A DNA stretch of 64,000 bases, taken from assembly GCA_041497195.1 (NCBI GenBank), contig JBGQGB010000002.1, positions 172,140 through 236,139 on the forward strand. Reading direction: 5' to 3'. The position numbers were made by a program, and so were the translations under genes. Below the pieces are notes generated by a model. It made no database searches, was not told where the DNA came from, and saw nothing but the letters and a program-made list of their open reading frames with translations. This DNA comes from Candidatus Doudnabacteria bacterium (GTDB lineage Bacteria; Patescibacteriota; Doudnabacteria; UBA920; 2-01-FULL-46-14). Positions 58,033-64,000 of the stretch are shown here, in pieces (position 1 is the first letter of the stretch; the number at the start of each line of letters is the position of its first letter).

Positions 58033-59147
58033 GGATTGAGTTTAGCCTGTTCGCAAACTTTTAATAAAACGTGGGCGATGCGCCTGTCCGCGTTCCTCGG
58101 CATAAAATGTTTCATCCCCTCGCTCATGCCTTTTGACAAATCCCGATCCCACAAAATCTTGCGGATCAGTCGGACCAAAAGCTCGGGAGTCAACAATTCC
58201 TGAGCCACTCCGAAAACGAGCTGTGCCCTCGCCAAGACGCCGGCATTTATCTCCTGCGGGCTTTGAGGCAATGGAATCAATATAACAGCCTTGCCCAAAA
58301 CCGCCAATTCAGAAATCGTGGACATGCCGGCGCGGCTGACGACCAAATCCGCTACCGCGTAGGCATGTTTGAGCTCAGTGCTCAAAAATTCGTAAGCATG
58401 ATAATGGGGCTGGTTTTGACCAGGGATTTTTCTCAATTTTGCTCCGGTGAGGTGAATGACTTGCACGTATTTAGTCAGCTCAGGCAAGGCGCTAGCGACG
58501 ACTTCATTTATTTTTGCAGCCCCGCTACCACCGCCCATAATCAGTACCGTGGGATAGTCTTGATTGAGGCCAAAAAGCTTTCTCGCCTCAGCAGCAGAGC
58601 CGCCAAACACTTCCTTGCGCACGGGATTGCCTGTGACGTGAATCTTGGTTTTGCGCGTGAGTTTGAAAAGACCTGACGCTTCCGGCATTTCTTTTCCGCT
58701 GAAACTGAAGCTCACGGTCACGGCTTTTGCGATCGGCCTCACCAAACGGGTGGATAAGGATAAAACAAAATCTTGCTGGTGAATAACAATTGGCACTCCG
58801 GAAACGTATCCCGCAAAAGACATCGGCACCTGTACGTAGCTGCCGGCACCGAAAATCAGATCCGGCTTGTACTTATGCAAAAAAAACCAGGATTTGAGAA
58901 AGCCGGCCGCGGTTTTGAAAAAGTCGAGAAGATTCAGGAACGAAAAAGGGCGCCGCCACTTGCCCGCGGGGATGGTCAGATGAGTAATGGGTAAACGGAA
59001 ATTTTCAAGGAGTTTTTTTTCTACGCCCCCGCCCCCACTAATGAGAAAAAACTCGGCACTAGATTCGAGTTTGTGCAAAGCCTCGGCAACAGCCAAAAGC
59101 GCCGCTGTGGGGCCTCCTGTTCCGCCGCCCACAAAAAAAATCTTCAT
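58029..59147 (-). CDS. murG: Undecaprenyl-PP-MurNAc-pentapeptide GlcNAc transferase
   Basis: GGGTGGP, GSYVQVP, HQQD, TGNPVR, GGGSGA, SRAG. Confidence 0.9.
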   Translation of the reverse strand: MKIFFVGGGTGGPTAALLAVAEALHKLESSAEFFLISGGGGVEKKLLENFRLPITHLTIPAGKWRRPFSFLNLLDFFKTAAGFLKSWFFLHKYKPDLIFGAGSYVQVPMSFAGYVSGVPIVIHQQDFVLSLSTRLVRPIAKAVTVSFSFSGKEMPEASGLFKLTRKTKIHVTGNPVRKEVFGGSAAEARKLFGLNQDYPTVLIMGGGSGAAKINEVVASALPELTKYVQVIHLTGAKLRKIPGQNQPHYHAYEFLSTELKHAYAVADLVVSRAGMSTISELAVLGKAVILIPLPQSPQEINAGVLARAQLVFGVAQELLTPELLVRLIRKILWDRDLSKGMSEGMKHFMPRNADRRIAHVLLKVCEQAKLNP

Positions 59148-59707
59148 ATTTTAAATTTCGCTAGACCAAGTCGTTCTGCAACCAATATTAGCGCTTTGAA
59201 TTCCGCACTTCGACCTGCCTCTTTCGCTTTGATACACCGCCGCAAATATTTCGCAAAAGGCAACTTCACTACCTCAATAAATTCATCCCAGTCTGGCTTT
59301 GGCTTTTTTTTCCTTAACTTTGTGCCCAAAAAATAATACGTGTGATACGTCCAGCTCCCTCCCCCTCTGATTTCGTATAATAGCTCCATTTTGCTTGGCT
59401 CATACCCGGTCTCTTCGAGACATTCTCTGGCTGCAGCCCTTCTAGGAGTTTCTCTATTTTTATAAAAGCGCCCTCCTGGTAATTCCAATCGGGCTTTTCC
59501 CAGGCCAGAACGGAAACTTCTTATCAAAATAACATTTTGGTCTTGATCCAAAGGCACGATGCACACTGACTGATGCTTTGTGACAGAAATTTCTCTCAGT
59601 GCGATCTTGCCATCTGGAAGTCTAACTTTCTCTCGCACAATGCGGAAAGACTCTCCGTCAAAAAGAGTCTTTGAGCTAAGTTTGATTTCCTTAATTTTTT
59701 TGCTCAT
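59144..59707 (-). CDS. NUDIX hydrolase (ADP-ribose pyrophosphatase-like)
   Basis: LELPGG..ETPRRAAARECLEETGY, DWDEFIEV. Confidence 0.88.
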   Translation of the reverse strand: MSKKIKEIKLSSKTLFDGESFRIVREKVRLPDGKIALREISVTKHQSVCIVPLDQDQNVILIRSFRSGLGKARLELPGGRFYKNRETPRRAAARECLEETGYEPSKMELLYEIRGGGSWTYHTYYFLGTKLRKKKPKPDWDEFIEVVKLPFAKYLRRCIKAKEAGRSAEFKALILVAERLGLAKFKI

Positions 59708-60809
59708 AAATTTTCAGTGTTTCCTCAGCGGTTTTCCGCCAATCATATTTCTGCGCGTTTATTTGCCCTTCGGCGACCAAATTTTGCAAAAGTCCCGGAT
59801 CGCCCAAAAGCTCGTCGATTTTTTTTGCCATATCTTGCTCGTCAGTGGGGTTGAAATAAATCGCGCCCTGACCCAGGATCTCCTCCAAAACCTGAATGCG
59901 CGAGGCCAAAACCGGCAGGCCCGCAGCTTGTGCTTCGACCCCTATCAAGCCAAATCCTTCGACCAACGAAGGCAGGACGAACGCTTGCGCTGCCTGATAA
60001 AGTACGGCCAGATCTAGGTCAGGCACAAAACCTAAAGCCCTGATATCGTCCGCATGCTTGATTTTGAAAACCGCTTGTTTGATCTCCGGGTAAAAGGGGT
60101 CAATCTTGCCGGCCAGGGCCAATTGAACATCACGGTGATAATCCTCTTTCAGTATATCAAATGCCAGCGAGAGTCGCGGCAGGTTCTTGTATTGGCGCCA
60201 CACGCCGACAAAAAACAGAAAGGGTTTGCTTATTTTGTAGGCGTTCTTCACTTCCTCGATTTTTACGGCAGAAACCGCTTCAGCAAACTGTTTCTCCACG
60301 CCTTCATACACGACCGCGACTTTTTCCGCCCGGACACCAAGGACTTTGACTATTTCCCGCTTGGTCGCTTCGGAAACAGCGATAACTTTCGCGGCCCGCC
60401 GGACCGAAGCCCATATGGCTGCGCGGTAAGCCAATCGGTGAAACATGCGTGATTTCTTCTTACCGGGAAATTGGTGATGGATGACGTCGTGAACAGTAAT
60501 AACGAATTTCCCCGGATATAAAACCGGGGCGTTGAAACTGGCAAAATGGACCAGGTCGAGTTTCAAGCGCCTCAGTTCTGCGATAAAAGACGTCTGTTCC
60601 GACCAGGAATAATAGCGGGAGGAAACGGAAACTTTTGCAAAATTCCGGCGCGTCACTTCAAACTTCTCTACAAACTCGGAGTTTTTGTCGCAAAGCAAAA
60701 AGTATTGATTGGTTTCATCAATATCCATGAGATTGACTACTAATTTTTCGATATAGCGGCCGATCCCCTCCCCTGTGCCGGCCATTCTCATATCAATTCC
60801 TATTCTCAT
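59691..60809 (-). CDS. GT4 glycosyltransferase
   Basis: MRIGID, GIGRY, ITVHD, KNL, PSLVEGFGL. Confidence 0.9.
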   Translation of the reverse strand: MRIGIDMRMAGTGEGIGRYIEKLVVNLMDIDETNQYFLLCDKNSEFVEKFEVTRRNFAKVSVSSRYYSWSEQTSFIAELRRLKLDLVHFASFNAPVLYPGKFVITVHDVIHHQFPGKKKSRMFHRLAYRAAIWASVRRAAKVIAVSEATKREIVKVLGVRAEKVAVVYEGVEKQFAEAVSAVKIEEVKNAYKISKPFLFFVGVWRQYKNLPRLSLAFDILKEDYHRDVQLALAGKIDPFYPEIKQAVFKIKHADDIRALGFVPDLDLAVLYQAAQAFVLPSLVEGFGLIGVEAQAAGLPVLASRIQVLEEILGQGAIYFNPTDEQDMAKKIDELLGDPGLLQNLVAEGQINAQKYDWRKTAEETLKIYEQKN

Positions 60810-61921
60810 ACCTTCACCGTTTCATTGAATAATTGCAATGTTTTTTTTGCCGTCTGTCCCCAAACAAACTCTTTTACGGCCAAGCGCCCGCGGTCACTAA
60901 GACTTTGATAAAAACCGCGATCTTGCTCCAGAGAGAGCATGGCATCGGCCACTTGGCTGGGACGGAACGGATTGACAAATAGGACAAATTTATTGCCAAT
61001 TTCCGCAATACTGGTGGCGAAGCTCGCGATGACCGGGACTCCGTAACTTGCCGCTTCCAAAACCGGAAATCCGAAGCCCTCGTAAAAGCTTAAGAAGAGA
61101 AAAAGAAATGCTCCTCGATAAAACAGAGCTTTCTGCTTCTCGCTGACATTGGAAAAAAAATACACCGACCTACGAATTTCCTCTGGTATGCGCAAGTCAG
61201 TTTTCCAACCTGAGCTGCCGGCGAGAACCAGGGGCAGTCTGTCGGGGCTTTTTGAGTAATATTCCTGATACGCTTTGAGCGCTGCCTCCAAATTTTTCCG
61301 CGGTTCAAAAGTGCCAAACGCCAAAATATACTTTGCGGGCAAGGCCGCGGGACTTGCGGGCAAAACAGTCTGAGCAGCCGGCTCATCGACGCCGGAATGA
61401 ATCAAGCTTATCTTCTCTGCCGGTATTTTGTAAAAATCCACCAAATCTTGCCGGGTGCTTTCAGACATCACAATGAGACGGGTCGCTCGTGCGGCCGCGC
61501 CGCGATAATTCATAATCTTGTGCCAAACCCTCTGCCGCCAAGTAAAAAATCCAGGCAATACTTCAAAGGACAAATCGTGAAAAGTGATAACCAGCGGGAC
61601 TCTTTTGCTCAGTGCCAAAGTCCGCCAGTGGGGTGAAAAAAACAGATCTAGGCCCCCAACCAAGCGGTCAACTTTGGGGAACGCAAAAAATTTCATGAAA
61701 AAATTAAAAATCTTGTTCGGAAACCGCAAAATTTTGTAGCTGACGTTCGGGTAATCGAAAATTTTCACTCTGCCGGAAACGTCGGCAAAGGAATTGGCAA
61801 AAAGTACATATTGATTATGCTGGTCATTTTCAAAGAGCGTACGCAGAAGTTTTGTGAGATAAACCTGCACGCCGGTCGTCCGCCCTTCCATCAAAGCCCT
61901 GATATCAATGCCTATTCTCAT
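60806..61921 (-). CDS. GT4 glycosyltransferase
   Basis: MRIGID, TFHDL, GTFEPRKNL, SFYEGFGFPVLEA. Confidence 0.9.
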   Translation of the reverse strand: MRIGIDIRALMEGRTTGVQVYLTKLLRTLFENDQHNQYVLFANSFADVSGRVKIFDYPNVSYKILRFPNKIFNFFMKFFAFPKVDRLVGGLDLFFSPHWRTLALSKRVPLVITFHDLSFEVLPGFFTWRQRVWHKIMNYRGAAARATRLIVMSESTRQDLVDFYKIPAEKISLIHSGVDEPAAQTVLPASPAALPAKYILAFGTFEPRKNLEAALKAYQEYYSKSPDRLPLVLAGSSGWKTDLRIPEEIRRSVYFFSNVSEKQKALFYRGAFLFLFLSFYEGFGFPVLEAASYGVPVIASFATSIAEIGNKFVLFVNPFRPSQVADAMLSLEQDRGFYQSLSDRGRLAVKEFVWGQTAKKTLQLFNETVKV

Positions 61922-62017
61922 AATGAATTCCTTTAGAACCCATTCTGCTCAAAGAAAAAATAAATTTACTTACGAATAGTACTCTCCGAAGTCCTCCCGA
62001 GACGGACGAAGGACGGG

Positions 62018-63112
62018 TCAATGCCCACGCGCATGTGTTTTAATCAATTCTAAAATCTGCGTTTTAAATTGAGCTTTGTCGAAACGCAAAACCGACTGGC
62101 GGACTTTCTGTTCATCAAATTTCAGCAAGACAAATCTCCTTAAAGCCTCCGCAATGCTTCCCGGGGTTTGCTCGGCAAACAAGACCCCGTTTTCGCCGTC
62201 TGTAAGGTATTCCACGGTACCTCCTTCGGCAAAACCGATGACTGGCGTGCCGCAAGCCAGACTTTCCGGCACCATCAAGCCTGCATCTTCCAGGGCCGGA
62301 AGCACGAAAGCCCGGGCCTGACTATAAAGCTCACGCAATTGCGCATCAGGCACTTTGCCCAGGAATTCTATGTTTGGTCCGGCTCGCTGCCGCAAAATGG
62401 GTGCCGCCGTTCCGGTCCCGACCACTTTGAGCGGCCAGCCCAAATCATTGAACGCATCAATCACCAAATCTATTTTTTTATACGGCTCCAGCCGCGAGCC
62501 AACCAAAAAAAAATCTTTTTTTGCAGATGAGGGCTTAAAAAAATCAGTATCAACAGGAGGATAAATTACCACCGAATCACGGCCGTAGTATTTTTTTATC
62601 CGCGCCCGCACTGTCTGCGAATTTGCCACTATCACGTCCGGCCGCTGAGCTGCTGCATAATCCCACGGACGCAAATGCTCCTTCAAATAGACTTTCACCA
62701 TTTTTTTTATAATACCCGGATAAGCACCGGAAGCGACATAACTGTCCATGTCCTGCCACAAATACCGCGTCGGGGTATGGCAGTAACAAATATGAACGGC
62801 CGGTTTCTTGACTGTGACCCCTTTAGCAAAAGCGGAAGCATCGGAGAGTACCAGATCAAACCCGGAAAAATCAAAACTTTCAATCGCCCGCGGCATCAAA
62901 GGCAGATACCATTTGTACTTCCCCGGCATGCCGGGCAGGTTTTGCAAAAAGCTGGTATGGATCCGCAAGTCTCCAAATTGTCCCCTCGTGCGCCATTTGT
63001 CATGCACCAAGGTGTAGACCGGGGCATTGGGAAAAAGTTCGTGGAATACTTCGAGGACCCGCTCGGCCCCGCCGCTTTGGGTTAAAAACTCGTGCACTAG
63101 GGCTACTCTCAT
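62018..63112 (-). CDS. GT4 glycosyltransferase (WbaZ-like)
   Basis: VHEFL..GGAERV, CYCHTPTRYLW, IYPPVD, YKKID, EDAG. Confidence 0.9.
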   Translation of the reverse strand: MRVALVHEFLTQSGGAERVLEVFHELFPNAPVYTLVHDKWRTRGQFGDLRIHTSFLQNLPGMPGKYKWYLPLMPRAIESFDFSGFDLVLSDASAFAKGVTVKKPAVHICYCHTPTRYLWQDMDSYVASGAYPGIIKKMVKVYLKEHLRPWDYAAAQRPDVIVANSQTVRARIKKYYGRDSVVIYPPVDTDFFKPSSAKKDFFLVGSRLEPYKKIDLVIDAFNDLGWPLKVVGTGTAAPILRQRAGPNIEFLGKVPDAQLRELYSQARAFVLPALEDAGLMVPESLACGTPVIGFAEGGTVEYLTDGENGVLFAEQTPGSIAEALRRFVLLKFDEQKVRQSVLRFDKAQFKTQILELIKTHARGH

Positions 63113-63118
63113 GAAATC

Positions 63119-64000
63119 TCAATAGTTTTCTGCTTGCCTTTTGCTAAAAAGCAAAACCGTCGTTTTAAAAATGATGTAGAGATCCAGCCAAACCGACCAG
63201 TTTTCGATATAAAACAAATCAAGCTTGACTTCTTCTTCAAAAGCCAGCTCCGGATTGTACATTTGGTTGATTTGAGCCAGCCCGGTGGCGCCCGGCTTGA
63301 TGGTGAAGAGGCGCCGGTAGCGCTGCTCAAATTTTTCGACCTCCTTGAGCATGTGGATACGCGGGCCCACGAGACTCATCTGTCCGCGCAAAATGTGCCA
63401 AAGCTGCGGCAACTCATCGAGCTTGGTGCGGCGCAAAAATCGTCCCACCCGAGTAACGCGCGGATCATTTTTGATTTTGACGTAAGGGCCGTGGCGCGCA
63501 TTTTGCCTCTCGAGCTGATGCCTGATCCGGTCCCCAGTCTCGGTGCCCTCGGAAAGCTCATAGAACATTGAGCGGAATTTATAAACTTTGAAATTCTGGA
63601 ACGAGGAGCCGCGGCGTTGCCGGAACAAAACCGGCCCCGGCGAGTCCAGTTTGATAGCCAAGGAAATTAGTGCAAACAAAGGCGAAAAAAGTATCAGCCC
63701 GATCGCAGACACTGCGATATCGACGATGCGTTTTACCACCTTGCCCCACCCCTCCAGCGGTGTCGTGCGCAGCCGAATCACTGGCATGCTGCCGATGACA
63801 TCTGTTTCCACATTAGCGCGGTGGGTTTCGAGTATGCTCGGCAAATAGGTAAACTTGATCCCGAGGTCTTCGCACAAATCTACCAGACGCAAAACTTGCT
63901 CGTTGGGTAAGCGCGAATCCGTCTGCATCAGTTCGTCGATACGCTCCTGCCTGTGTATCCGCTCGATATCTCGTAAAAGCACTTCCGAGTACGGGAGTTT
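63119..64000 (-). CDS. Polyprenyl glycosylphosphotransferase (WcaJ/WbaP-type sugar transferase), 5'-truncated
   Basis: [51 protein letters not shown]. Confidence 0.92.
   Translation of the reverse strand, partial: KLPYSEVLLRDIERIHRQERIDELMQTDSRLPNEQVLRLVDLCEDLGIKFTYLPSILETHRANVETDVIGSMPVIRLRTTPLEGWGKVVKRIVDIAVSAIGLILFSPLFALISLAIKLDSPGPVLFRQRRGSSFQNFKVYKFRSMFYELSEGTETGDRIRHQLERQNARHGPYVKIKNDPRVTRVGRFLRRTKLDELPQLWHILRGQMSLVGPRIHMLKEVEKFEQRYRRLFTIKPGATGLAQINQMYNPELAFEEEVKLDLFYIENWSVWLDLYIIFKTTVLLFSKRQAENY

Noticed and set aside
61983-62017. Short CGAAG-containing palindromic element (similar cores at 13934-13945 and 47018-47026)
   Set aside because: The copies are too short and divergent to define a repeat family from this window alone.

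Overview
Gene-dense bacterial chromosome segment with the hallmarks of a Patescibacteria/CPR (Parcubacteria-like) genome. This is inferred from gene content and style: CPR-type hypotheticals, overlapping genes and many leaderless-looking promoters. Most of the window is housekeeping: gyrB, secE-nusG-rplK-rplA, a complete dcd-dut-tmk-thyA-folA thymidylate operon, prfB (programmed +1 frameshift), ftsEX, rplI, pyrG, rpmA, secA-secD-secF, mnmA, hppA, tRNA-Gln(CTG), priA-def-fmt, gltX, murG/murC/murB and a glycosyltransferase cluster. No rRNA, CRISPR array, transposase or integrase was seen. Most notable features: (1) a single-chain, mitochondrial-type PheRS with the catalytic and anticodon-binding domains fused; (2) an RnfD/NqrB-like membrane domain fused to an FNR-type FAD/NAD domain, coupled to a cupredoxin that lacks the type-1 Cys; (3) an agmatinase plus deoxyhypusine-synthase-like operon; (4) an accessory stretch at 7.5-11.7 kb with a DUF3578-HNH restriction gene and self-contained orphan cassettes ending in related bulged hairpins; (5) a sigma-r4-like/membrane protein/VirD4-like ATPase operon; (6) several candidate RNA-level regulatory elements. 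All family assignments come from motif recognition by eye. No database search was run, so novelty is unverified.
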